Positions 44,738-57,995 of a stretch of DNA of 64,000 nucleotides are shown in pieces. Numbering within the stretch: position 1 is the stretch's first letter; each line of letters opens with the position of its first letter. Origin of the DNA: Chrysomallon squamiferum (taxonomy: Eukaryota; Animalia; Mollusca); the NCBI GenBank assembly GCA_012295275.1, contig CM022677.1, forward strand, positions 4,154,001 through 4,218,000, written 5' to 3'. The notes beneath the pieces were generated by a model that saw only the letters and a list, made by a program, of their open reading frames with translations, ran no database searches and was not told the DNA's origin. Position numbers and translations under genes: made by a program.

Positions 44738-47443
44738 AATCTAACTGGTTTGTAAGTTCTGTGTGGCCCTGGAAGTTGACGAATCTAACTGGTTTGTAAG
44801 TTCTGTGTGGCCCTGGAAGTTGATGAATCTAACTGGTTTGTAAGTTCTGTGTGGCCGTGGAAGTTGATGAATCTAACTGGTTTGTAAGTTCTGTGCTGCC
44901 CTGGAAGTTGACGAATCTAACTGGTTTGTAAGTTCTGTGTGCCTGGAAGTTGCCCTGGAAGTTCTGTGCTGCCCTGGAAGTTGATGAATCTAACTGGTTT
45001 TAATCTAACTGGTTTGATGAAGTAACTGGTTTGTAAGTTCTGTGTGGCCCTGGAAGTTGATGAATCTAACTGGTTTGTAAGTTCTGTGTGCCCTGGAAGT
45101 TGACGAATCTAACTGGTTTGTAAGTTCTTCTGTGGGAAGTTCTGTTTGTGGCCCTGGAAGTTGATGAATCTAACTGGTTTGAGTTCTGTGTGGCCCTGGA
45201 AGTGATGAATCTAACTGGTTTGTAAGTTCTGTGTGGCCCTGGAAGTTGGAATCTAACTGGTTTTGAGAATTCTGGTTTGTAAGTTCTGTGTGGCCCTGGA
45301 AGTTGATGAATCTAACTGGTTTGTAAGTTTTGTAAGGCCTGGAAGTTGATGAATCTAACTGGTTTGTAAGTTCTGTGTGGCCTGGTGGAAGTTGACGAAT
45401 CTAACCTGGAAGTTGGTTTGTAAGTTTGAATCTAAGTTCTGTGTGGCTGTGCCCTGAAGTTGACGAATCTAACTGGTTTGGAAGTTGATGAATCTAACTG
45501 GTTTTGTAAGTTCTGTGTGGCCTGGAAGTTGATGAATCTAACTGGTTAAGTTCTGTGTGGCCCTGGAAGTTGATGAATCTAACTGGTTTGTAAGTTCTAA
45601 CTGGTTTTGTAAGTTCTGTGTGCCCTGGAAGTTGATGAATCTAACTGGGAAGTTGATGAATCTAACTGGTTTTGTAAGTTCTGTGTGGCCCTGGAAGTTG
45701 ACGAATCTAACTGGTTTGTAAGTTCTGTGTGGCCCTGGAAGTTGATGAATCTAACTGGTTTGTAAGTTCTGTGTGCCCTGGAAGTTGACGAATCTAACTG
45801 GTTTGTAAGTTCTGTGTGGCCCTGGAAGTTGATGAATCTAACTGGTTTGTAAGTTCTGTGTGGCCCTGGAAGTTGACGAATCTAACTGGTTTCTAACTGG
45901 TTTGTAAGTTCTGTGGCCCTGGAAGTTGATGAATCTAACTGGTTTGTAAGTTCTGATGAATCTAACTGGTTTGTAAGTTCTGTGTGGCCCTGTTGATGAA
46001 TCTAACTGGTTTGTAAGTTGGCCTGGAAGAATGTTGATGAATCTAACTGGTTTGTAAGTTCTGTTGGAAGTTGATGTGGCCGTGGAAGTTGATGAATCTA
46101 GTTGTGTGTGGCCCTGGAAGTTGATGAGAACTGGTTTGTAAGTTCTGTGGCTGGTTTGGAAGTTGATGAATCTAACTGGTTTGTGAATCTAACTGGTTTG
46201 TAAGTTTTGTGGAAAGTTTGTAAGTTTGAATCTAACTGGTTTGTAAGTTCTGTGTGTGGAAGTTGATGAATCTAACTGGTTTGTAAGTTCTGTGTGGCCC
46301 TGGAAGTTGTGAATCTAACTGGTTTGAAGAATCTAACTGGTTTTGAGTTGAATCTAACTGGTTTGTAAGTTCTGTTGGCCCTGGAAGTTGATGAATCTAA
46401 CTGGTTTGTAAGTTCTGTGTGGCCTGGAAGTGATGAATCTAACGAATCTAACTAAGTTCTGTGTGGCCCTGGAAGTTGATGAATCTAACTGGTTTGTAAG
46501 TTCTGTGTGGCCCTAACTGGGAAGTGGAAGTTGAATCTAACTGGTTTGTAAGTTCTGTGTGGCCCTGGAAGTTGATGAATCTAACTGGTTTGACGAATCT
46601 AACTGGTTTGTAAGTTCTGTGTGGCCCTGGAAGTTGACGAATCTAACTGGTTTGTAAGTTCTGTGTGGAAGTTGACGAATCTAACTGGTTTGTAAGTTCT
46701 GTGTGGCCCTGGAAGTTGATGAATCTAACTGGTTTGTAAGTTCTGTGTGGCCCTGGAAGTTGATGAATCTAACTGGTTTGGTTTGGCCCTGGAAGTTGAT
46801 GAATCTAACTGGTTTGGTTTGTGTTTTGTGTGGCCCTGGAAGTTGATGAATCTAACTGGTTTGTAAGTTCTGTGTTGACGAATCCTGGAAGTTCTGTGTG
46901 GCCCTGGAAGTTGATGAATCTAACTGGTTTGTAAGTTCTGTGTGGCCCTGGAAGGAATCTAACTGGTTTGTGTGTGGCCCTGGAAGTTGACGAATCTAAC
47001 TGGTTTGTAAGTTCTGTGTGGCCCTGGAGTTGACGAATCTAACTGGTTTGTGTTGATGAATCTAACTGGTTTGTAAGTTCTGTGTGCCCTGGAAGTTGAT
47101 GAATCTAACTGGTTTTTGTAAGTTCTGCCCTGGAAGTTGATGAATCTAACTGGTTTGTAAACTGGTTTGTAAGTTCTGTGTGGCCCTGGAAGTTGATGAA
47201 TCTAACTGGTTTGTAAGTTCTGTAAGTTCTGTGGCCCTGGAAGTTGAATCTAACTGGTTTGTAAGTTCTGTGCTGCCCTGGAAGTTGACGAATCTAACTG
47301 GTTTGTAAGTTCTGTGTGGCCCTGGAAGTTGAATCTAACTGGTTTGTAAGTTCTGTGTGGCCTGGAAGGTGATGAATATAACTGGTTTGTAAGTTCTGTG
47401 CTGCCCTGGAAGTTGACGAATCTAACTGGTTTGTAAGTTCTGT
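44738..47443. repeat. 44-bp satellite array (gaatctaactggtttgtaagttctgtgtggccctggaagttgat), about 60 units
   Basis: Clean units at both ends, many internal indels; no unique spacers. Confidence 0.97.
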
Positions 47444-47568
47444 TCTACAGCTATGAGATGACAACGAGGTGAGAGTTGTGTTTCAAAAACGTGAGCAGTC
47501 TGTAATGGAAGTCAAACTGCACCAACTGGATGGTCACTGGCGAGCTCTGGCACGAAAACTCCAACACC
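47403..47568 (+). pseudogene. Coding-like fragment continuous with the last satellite unit
   Basis: ALEVDESNWFVSSVLQL*DDNEVRVVFQKREQSVMEVKLHQLDGHWRALARKLQH in one frame with a single TGA. Confidence 0.4.
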
Positions 47569-47643
47569 ACACTATCAATGTGTGAAGCCAATATATTTAT
47601 TTAATTAATTAATTAATTTATTTATTTATTTATTAGTACTGCA
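47569..47643 (+). repeat. 75-bp direct repeat, right copy
   Basis: acactatcaatgtgtgaagccaatat...tattagtactgca. Confidence 0.93.
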
Positions 47644-48150
47644 TGGAATACTTAACTCATAGGATTGAACCTCCTTAGTGGACCCATTGTGCTTTTGTTG
47701 TTGTTGTTGTTGTGTGTGTTTGTGTGTGACAGTGGAGGCACTGAAGATGAATTCCATTTTGTATCAACTTGTTTATTTTACAATAGCATCTTTAAAGAAA
47801 TATTTATATACAAGATCATCTATATTTAAAATAATCAATTTTTTGACTTCAGAAAATATAAAAGCTATAAGGAATCTTGATAAATATGTAATTTAATTTG
47901 TAACTACATATATATATACGACTATATCTTTATATTTTTATTATCCTAATTCTTATGTTTATTTTTATTTTCCTATATTTGTATTCTGTAATATATTACA
48001 CAGCTGTTTGGGTTTTATAACTGTATTCTTGTCTGTTTTGTGTTTATAATCTTGCTGATTTTGGCAAATAAATAAACAAACTAAACTGAAACTGAATTGT
48101 AGTAATAGTAGTAGTAGAAAGAGCTGCGGTACAGCAGCATCTCACTTTAC

Positions 48151-49265
48151 CGTTTGACTGTGCACACCGTCAGGTAAAACGTCAACTAACAACACATCGA
48201 CAGATCCTCACCGCTACATTTCTTGCACAGCCCTTGCATTGTCAGACAGGCTGAATGTATACACAGGCCTTGCATTGCCAGACAGGTTGAATGTATACAC
48301 AGGCCTTGCATTGCTAGACAGGTTGAATGTATACACAGCCCTTGCATTGTCAGACAGGTTGAATGTATACACAGGCCTTGCATTGCCAGACAGGTTGAAT
48401 GCATACACAGCCCTTGCATTGTCAGACAGGTTGAATGTATACACAGGCCTTGCATTGCCAGACAGGTTGAATGCATACACAGTCCTTACACATTGCCAGA
48501 CAGGTTGAATGCATTGCCAGACAGGTTGAATGTATACACAGCCCTTGCATTGCCAGACAGGTTGAATGCATTGCCAGACAGGTTGAATGCATACACAGCC
48601 CTTGCATTGCCAGACAGGTTGAATGCATACACAGCCCTTGCACTGCCAGACAGGTTGAATGTATACACAGTCCTTGCATTGCCAGACAGGTTGAATGTAT
48701 ACACAGTCCTTGCATTGCCAGACAGGTTGAATGCATACACAGCCCTTGCACTGCCAGACAGGTTGAATGCATTGCCAGACAGGTTGAATGCCAGAATGCA
48801 TTGCCAGACAGGTTGAATGCATACACAGCCCTTGCACTGCCAGACAGGTTGAATGTATACACAGTCCTTGCATTGCCAGACAGGTTGAATGTATACACAG
48901 TCCTTGCATTGCCAGACAGGTTGAATGCATACACAGCCCTTGCACTGCCAGACAGGTTGAATGCATTGCCAGAAAATGTATTAATCCATAAGCGTGCGCT
49001 ATAATTCTGATTATCTATAAAACAAAATATTGATCTTACTCATTCTGCACTAGTAAATATAAATAATGTGGTCAAATTATAAAATGTCATATTTTTAATC
49101 TATCCTCTTCTCACCTACAATCCTACTTTGTTAATTAAAAAAATAATAATCCAGAAACGTATTTAATATTTTCAATATAAACCTCTGACCTACATAGTAA
49201 GTTATAACAAAAGATGTTATTATACGATGTAAATGTTTACTTATTCAATTATTTGTTTATTTATT

Positions 49266-49309
<44 letters not shown>

Positions 49310-50884
49310 TTATTATTATTATTCACTGTGCTTCTCAAATAAATGTCTGGTTCATTTTCACCTTTTTATTTTTATGTAAACCAAAATATAAATAAATACA
49401 AAAATACAACATCATGTTATTTTTCACAATAAAGACAAAAAGAGGATTGAAAAGTGGATATCTCCAGTGTACTTGTCTGTGTGAAGCTATAGCTACGTCA
49501 TAAAATAAACTGACATCCAGACTGGAGCGATGATGTTAACGTTTGAAGTCTTACGGATATTGAGAAGTAAAGAAATCGAATAAATATTAAAATTTTGTTT
49601 TCTTTATATTACTATTGTTGTTGTTGTTGTTGTTGTTTTATGTGTGTACTGTAGCATTACAGTAAACATTACAGGTGTGATTTTTACTGTGAAAACACAG
49701 TGTACATTCAGAAACGTAGATTGGGCTTCCAGGTTAGCGTGTTTTTATAAACAACAGTAGAATTATATGTGAATATCGAGAAGGCTTCCATACTAATGTG
49801 ATATTTTATTAACAGAACTTGTTTCACAGAACAGCTAAGAAGGAGTCATTTTACACGGCGTTATGAAAATAAGATGCAACTTCAGAACCGCCATCACTAT
49901 TTATGTTACATGTTTTATGTTGTAAACAGAGGCGTAGCGGTAATATTATGTATTGAAAACACAGTGTATTGAAAAATAGAGGTATTGTTTTTTAATTAAC
50001 ACTATTAGATAATTTTATTTTGCATAATAAAAAAATAAAAAAATAATAAGCTTACTTTTTCATTAACAGGTATAACGTATCTAACAAGTTGAATAATGAA
50101 TCGACGTTTAATAATGTGTAATATTCTCTTTTTTTATTTTTTTTTATTTTTTTATTACGATAGTAGAATTGCAGTTGAGAGGTGAGAGGCTAGATTAAGA
50201 TGAATCAACTTCACCATGTTACTGATATTTGCAAGTGCATCTTTCTTAAATACTAGAAAAGTCTAGAATATAGAGAAACATTAATAGACGTTTTTATTAT
50301 TAAAAGTAAAGTGAAAAGGCGAGGATGCGCGAGATGAATCTTGTTTATTACAACACAAGTTCTGTAAATATACTGCGCTGTTACAGATTATTTCTTAATT
50401 AACTGTAGAAAGTGATATTCTATTATCTCCCCTAAAAATTAAATTGATAATTAGACAATTAATATTCAACTAGATAAAATCTAGAGAGCTATATGTAAAT
50501 GTAAAATATTACGTTTCTTTCGCTGAATTTAAATGTATTAGTATAAACAGGTCTGGTTGAAGCAAATGCACTATAAATATTGTCGTTGAGTTCCATTATA
50601 TGTGGTGAACAGCGTTCATCATAATAACAAGAACATTTTTTTTTGTTCATTACTGCAATTTAAAGGACATTTCAGTTGCCGTTTACAGGGACAAATAAAT
50701 AAATAAATAAATTTATTAATGTTAATATTAATATCTAAGATCCTTCAGTATTTTAGGCATACACAGAACCTCTCCCAGTGAGATAAAATATCATCACTGC
50801 TTTATTATCAATGTTTTCTGCAGTGTTTATCATTTCTTTTACTGAAGTTTTAATTACAGCGACACCTGCACTTATCACTGTAAT
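48151..50884 (-). pseudogene. Two-exon relic, possibly caspase/paracaspase-fold
   Basis: Exon 50884-50770 (ITVISAGVAVIKTSVKEMINTAENIDNKAVMIFYLTGR) and exon 49014-48151 (NQNYSARLWINTFSGNAFNLSG[array]NARAVQEM*R*GSVDVLLVDVLPDGVHSQT), with AG/GT boundaries. Confidence 0.45.
48226..48973. repeat. 36-bp minisatellite with 21-bp short variants, inside an exon relic
   Basis: Unit tgcattgccagacaggttgaatgtatacacagccct, about 20 copies; the minus strand reads NARAVYTFNLSG. Confidence 0.95.
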
Positions 50885-51477
50885 CTGAGAGGTAGATAGG
50901 TAGGTGGATAGACAGATAGACAGACAGATAGATGGAGAGTGAGACAGACATACATATATAGAGATAAATCCATAGACAGACATACGGACATACAGACAGA
51001 AAAACCCAAAACTGAAATGAATAATTAAAATGACCAATAAAAGAAAAGTTGTGAAAAGCGAGGTTAATGTGATATTATGTAATAATGCATGTACAAACAT
51101 TTTCTTAGAAGTTCATTTGCCTATGAAATGTAATATGTCTATCTATCTCTATATCCATCAATGTATCTATTATTTAACATAACATAGTATATATACATAA
51201 ACACCGTCTCTCTGATATGTGTGTGTGTCTATCTCTCTATCTGTTGATACTTGTTTTTTTTCTTTATAATGACGACTGTAATACTGACATAACGACATTA
51301 ACGATAAAAACAACAACACTAATTGCAATAACACTACTTAAAATGATAAATAAAATAGTAATTCTGAGTAGTTTGGTCCTCAAATTTGTTGTACTGATTA
51401 TTGCTATATAATCATTGTTTATTAATAATAATTAGTCCTAATCATAATACAAGTCAAATTCAAAACTTCAATCAGCT

Positions 51478-52285
51478 AAACCTCTTGACAAATATCACAC
51501 AAGATATACAATATCTTTAAAGTCTGCACCAGCTGGGATTTCAAGATTTGCGCAAGAATCAAGACAATACCAATTTGGGCACGCGTCACATCCTATGAAC
51601 TCGTCAGAATTCATTCCATCATCAACTCTGCCACAGAGTTCACATTGTTCTTGTGTATCTACTACATCTCTGTCTTCTAGTTCAGGCTCATCATCAACAA
51701 CTCTGCCACAGAGTTCACATTTTTCTTGTGTATCTACTACATCTCTGTCTTCTAGTTCAGACTCCTCATCAACTCTGCCACAGAGTTCACATTGTTCTTG
51801 TGCATCTACTACATCTCTGTCTTCTAGTTCAGGCTCATCATCATCAACGTTTTCTTTGGCTGCATCCATCGGTTCTGCTGTAGCATTCAAATTGAACTGC
51901 AGTTTTGACTTTGGTATCTTCTATTTTGTTTTTGTAATTTTGCCTCTAAAACATTTGCTTTCTTTGCCTTTTCTTCCTCCTTCTTCTTCTTCTCTGCCAA
52001 CTCTTCTTCATTCCTCTTGACACTTTCTTCTTCTGTCAATGCCTCGGATACCTCATCCTTTTGATTTTATTGCCCCAAGTGGTGGGGTTAAATAAAAAGC
52101 ATATTTCTTGCCTAATTATCACATATTAATCAAGTTTCTCCTGCTGAACTTAAAAAGCGATTATATGTTTACCTGTTATAATTTATCACTAACCTTTTGT
52201 CTATAGGACTACAAAATAACACTCACTTTTGAAACCTCAAAATGCAGTATAGCGGCTGCAAGTCATAATATACCTCGGCGGCCAG
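51478..52285 (-). mobile_element. Internally deleted pogo/Fot-like DNA transposon relic with a C-terminal PHD finger
   Basis: ALTEEE plus an E/K-rich tract, then CELC...FIGCDACPNWYCLDSC, with the final CDIC in a shifted frame. TIR-like GTAAGTTTGGGTAATTCTGGCC near 52281. No DDE core visible. Confidence 0.55.
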
Positions 52286-52744
52286 AATTACCCAAACTTA
52301 CTACTAGCTTTAAATAAAATAATTTTAGTGAATTAAATAAATTCAGTGAATGATCTCTATTCAGGCGACTTGAATTACTTTCTTTCTATTTTTTTTTTTT
52401 TTTTTTTTTTTAATTTTAACTCAACACTCAGTCTTTTTTGTATATTTACCAAGGTGCATGTTAAATAGAGTTGTTTCTCTTAGACCACGAACTTCTGAAA
52501 TAGAGGTGACGGTAAATAAGATTTGCTGCTTTTAGATGAAAATAAACAATTCTGTATAATGTTTTGTATCAGATAGAACCAGCTTATTAACATGTTTTAA
52601 CTAATCAGTTTCCTGTATTTTTGGTTTATATAACGTGATATTATTATTTGATGAATTATTGTAAAACTGCATTTAATGTTTTTCAATTAATTTTATTAAT
52701 TTATTTTATTTATTTATTTCATTTATTTTAGTTGAAAAAGTAGT

Positions 52745-52905
52745 TCGGAAAGGCGGAAGAGATCACGGTTTTGTAATATGAACAACCATCTTTGTCAGTG
52801 TAAATCATAACAAGTTCAGAAAGTAGTCGTAAAATAATATATTTGGAAAATAAAAAACTTCCGTGACCTCACGGAAACTTCCGATCGAAATCCAAGATGG
52901 CAGCT
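52745..52905 (+). promoter_or_regulatory. CpG-richer housekeeping-type promoter signature (ETS and YY1 motifs)
   Basis: GCGGAAG at about 52753, ACTTCCG at 52857 and 52877, YY1-like CAAGATGGC at 52893, and palindrome TTCCGTGA-CC-TCACGGAA at 52859-52876. Confidence 0.45.
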
Positions 52906-53385
52906 TCGAATGCCGATTGATATTTACACACTTTTAAACATATAGACCTTTATAATGCAATAATTCTACATGGATCATTAAAAGTAATTTGGAGAATCAT
53001 GTCATATAATCAATGCCTCTTATACATAGATGGCTAATATTCTGTAGTAATTGCTGAAAACGTGGTAACATTTATTTTTAATTTTTTTTCTTTTTTTCTG
53101 GCGTTGACGTAATATACCATCTCGTACCCATTTCGTACTATTTTGTTTTCCCCTTTTTATTACAACATCGTCAGCCATAAAAAAAAAAAAAAAAATTTAA
53201 AAAAATAAGTAAATAAATAAAAATAAAATAAAATAATTGAAATAAAATAAATTCAAATGAAATAAATAGTTTTCGCTGACGCTGGTTGGAAGGATGCATC
53301 TATCCATATAGATATACACACACACATACATATATATATATATACACATACACACACATACATACATATATATATATACATACAT

Positions 53386-53431
<46 letters not shown>

Positions 53432-54956
53432 GTATACATACACACATGTGTATAGGAACGATAATGTATTTGTATGTTTAGAAGATGATTAGTATGTATA
53501 TGTATATAAAAGGATAAGTAACTACATGTGTGTGTGCATGTGTGTGTGAAAAAGGGTGGATAGGTGGTAGATGATAACAGACAGGTAAATTGATAGGCAG
53601 AAGAAAGGTAGATAGATTACTAGAAAGATAGATGCAGGGAGGCATGAGTATATACCTGCACATCTGTAAGAACAACTCTGTTGCTTATGTATATGGCATA
53701 AATAGACAGATAAATAGATATATTTATAGATAGATAACTAGATAGAAAAAGTGTATTTAAATACTTAAAAAGGATGTAAATAGAGAGAGTGTATACGTAT
53801 GTATGTGTGTGTGTGCGTGTGTTTTTTTGTGAGTGCAAGATAGACTGGCTATGTATAACTGAGAAGGTGAGATAGATTGATATAGAGATAGTTAGACATT
53901 GCATCAGAGATAGACTGATATGTTAGGTAGACAATAATTAGGTACATATAGATAGATATATACAGCTAACATAGATAAACTGATGTGCATATGTGTGCAT
54001 AAATATGTGTTAGAGAGAATGGGTATTTAAATGTGTGTCAAACATAGTGCTCATTTTTGTGGATTTTTGAGAGAGTCAGATCATTGATAGAGAGATAATA
54101 GATTAAATATAAATAAATAAATAGATGAGTGAATAGACTTATGTGTATATATATGTGTGTTAGAGAGGGTAGATATAGACGGATGGACACACACACACAC
54201 ACAAACACATACACAGTATAAAATATAAGTATAAACAATATAAATAGATACATACATACATAGGTTCATAATCACGAGTATTTGTATTTATGTTAGAGGA
54301 CTGGTATATAACTGAATGTATGAATAAGAGTATGTTTATATGGGTGTTAGATTGCAGTTAGATAGCTAGACTGAAAGAGACTGAGATGTAGGTGTGGTTA
54401 TATGTATTGTGTGTTACAGAGAGAGAACAGGTATTGACCTCACTATGAAACAGAGAAGTGTGCCATGTGTGTATGATTTTTCAGAGAATGAGAGATAATT
54501 ATATAAATAAATATATAGATATACACAGACAGACAGACAGAGGATAGTGATGAATAAATGGTTAGCTAGAGAGGTAATGGGAACATGTATATGAGTAAGA
54601 AAATCATATGATTTCTTCATTAAAGTCTGTTTCTATGTTAGAAAGAGGTGAGCAGGTGCAAGTTTAAGCTACACCACAGGTTGACCAATAAAGAGACAGA
54701 TAGATAGACAAATAGAACTTGATGATGAAATAAAACAAATATATAGATAGACAGATAGAAAGATAGAAACATGCAGGTAAGTAAGGATGGATGGAGTGTT
54801 AGATGGTGGGATGGATGAAAGTTTTGGTGCAATGAAGAACTGGGAAAATAATAAAAGGATAAAAAGAGGGAATGACGGACTGAAAGGTTTTCAATTATAT
54901 AAGCAATTACTTTTCAGACATTAACACGTTGTTAACACATAATGTCTTCATTGTAG

Positions 54957-57744
54957 GTCCATGGAATGGGTGATGTATCATGGGAATTTGGCTTAAAATA
55001 TAAACTGTGTGATGAGGAATATGTGGAGTTAGGAGAAAGGCATGACTGGAAGTACCAATACATTGTCAATGAGAGATTAGTGATTTCTGGCATTGTTTAT
55101 AACTCTAGCCTGTGTTTGTCTACACTGAAAGCATAGTCTTCATCTGCTGATTAGAAGGTAAATATGATAAGATAAGAAGTGATTATAATATTGTCTGTTA
55201 AATAGCACATTAAACACAGAACCTATAATACTTAATTACACTTAAACATCTTGTAAAATAAAATAATCCATCTAATTAGAGTAATCTGGAGAGTGACAGA
55301 GAGAGTAAGAAAGCCAGAGTGAAATATTTATATGTCATAACTTATTCTTAAGTACATACACTTCTGTCTCTACTCTGTTGGTCTGTCTGTCTGTCTGTAT
55401 ATAGAAAGAGCTTTCAAAGTAATGGCACTGTATTCGAAATTAGAAAAAGATAGCAATACCCTATATATGGACTGCTAAAATATATGGAGTGGTATGAGAT
55501 GGTGTAATTGTTGAAGTAAGTTTTGATTTTGTTATTTTAAATATTTTATTACATTTATGTATGTGTTTGTGTCTGCATGTGTGCATATGTGTGTGCACTC
55601 GTGTGTGTGTGTGTGTGTGTGTGCGCGTGCGCGCTACCAAATAAGTATGTGTGGGTAAATTATTATTAAATTTTTCAAAATCTACTTACAAACAATCTTT
55701 TTGATTAAGTTTACAAAAACCCTTAATAAATAGTGTAAAAAATTTCATGGAAAATATAATCCTGTTTGTATTTTAGGACAAATTTTTTATTTTTTTATTT
55801 TAGATAAGTCTGAAATCAGATTTTCACAAATACTACACAGACAGTAATTATTAAACTATTTAAACAAATAAATAATTTGTTTATCTTTCCAGGTGATTCC
55901 AGGCAATGAAATGTTGGTATTAACAGTAAGAATTCCACAGAAATTTGCCAAAGGATTAACAGGATTAATTGAAGTTTATTCTGAAAAGAATCTTACAAAA
56001 CTTCAACTTGCAGAATCAGAATGTAAGATTTTGTTTACGATTCAGTAAAGTATGATTGTCTCAAGTAGTACCCAGTTAGCTTGAATTGTTCAAATTTAGT
56101 TACTGTTATTTTTGTTGTTGTATATCCCCAAACAAACCTTTACTAACAATAAAGTTTATCATCAAAATCACACACAAGCTACTGATATTCTCGTTCTTTT
56201 ATATGTCATTTTGTACATAGAAAGGATATAAAAAATCAAGGGGAAATGTTAGCCAACATTTTTGCGTATTGTTCTCATACTTTATTATTAGCAAAGTTTC
56301 GATGAAAGATAACCAGTAAATAATATTTAAAAATAAAACTTTGATATTTATTCCCATTTAAGATTACAGACATTATACTTGTCTTCATATAAATTTATTT
56401 ATTTATTTATTTACTTAATTTTTAATTTTTAATTTTTGTTTGTTTTGTTTACATAAAGCAATTTGTAATCTAATACGTGTAATTAAAAGTTATATATTTA
56501 TCTTTCTTTTCTCTTTCACAGGGTGGCTTAAGAACAGTTCAGCATCACTGTTTAATTATTCGCTTTTTGGTCAGAATTTCAGTTCTCTACAAGATAGGGA
56601 ATTTATGCCAAAACAGTTTACAAACTTCTCTGAATTTCTGTATATTTTGAATGACAACAACAAGACTAATGTAAATAATTCTAGACAGATTTGTGATAAA
56701 AACATTGCTTGTTACTTGAATTACAACTACACCGCAAATGTAACACCAAATCTCAAATCTGAACAAGCTAAAGTGGAAGTCAATGCCATGAAACTGAGTA
56801 CGTAGATGTTTGTTTACTGTTATTTTATTATTATTTTGCTGTTATTGCTATTGTAGTGTCATTTTACTGTTATTTTATTATTATTTCATTGTCATTGTAT
56901 TGCTATATAATTGTTATTTAATTATTATATTCTTATTTCAATTTTATTATTTTAATTTTTGTTTTATTTATATTTTATTTTATTTATATTTTATTTTATT
57001 TTATTTATATTTTATTTTATTATTATTTCATTGTTATTATAGTGTTATGTTATTTAATTATTATATTCTTATTTCAATTTTATTCTTTTTTTTACTGTAG
57101 ACATATTTTAAATATTTTTTTATTTTATAGTTATCACATTATTTTTTTTAATATACTGCTTTTGTCATTAAATTGTTAAGGTACTATTATTTAAGTCATT
57201 ATTTAAGTCATATATATAAAATTGAAAAAAACAAAAAAAAAATTTTTTATATATATATATATATTTTTTTTTATACCAGAAAACATTTCACCACCTGAGT
57301 TCATTAAAACAGTTCCAACCTTGAATGTTAATCTGAACTCTCAGGTAATGTTTGTACTGAATGTTTCGAGTTCAATGGTGACTTCTAGTGACCTTGAGAT
57401 AACTGTCTTATCTGATGTTACAGGTTATTCTTTTAGTAAGTATTTTTACTTTAATTTTGCACATACATACACATATTGGTTTGACATGTAAGTACATCCA
57501 TATACATATACACAGTTTTATATTTCATACATACTTGTACACATGCTTTTCTATACCTGCCATATGATACCTACATACCATACATACATACATATGTATG
57601 TACATATATCATACTAAGATACATGCAATATGCAGAAAGTAATATAGACATGTTTAGGCATAAACATACATGTACACACATAAACATACCAACATACATA
57701 AGTATATCTATGCATAAATACTTATATATTGAGATATGCAGGCA

Positions 57745-57796
<52 letters not shown>

Positions 57797-57917
57797 TGTA
57801 TACACATGCATGGTTTTGTGTATGTATATATGTAAGCATATTTAGCTATGTAGCTATGATCAAATATAAATGTCTGCTTGAAAGTGTATCACTACTTGTA
57901 TGAATGTATATATGTCA

Positions 57918-57995
<78 letters not shown>

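Noticed and set aside
44738-47443. CRISPR array (also considered for the 41-, 36- and 21-bp arrays)
   Set aside because: Head-to-tail units without unique spacers, no cas genes, and a spliceosomal eukaryotic context.
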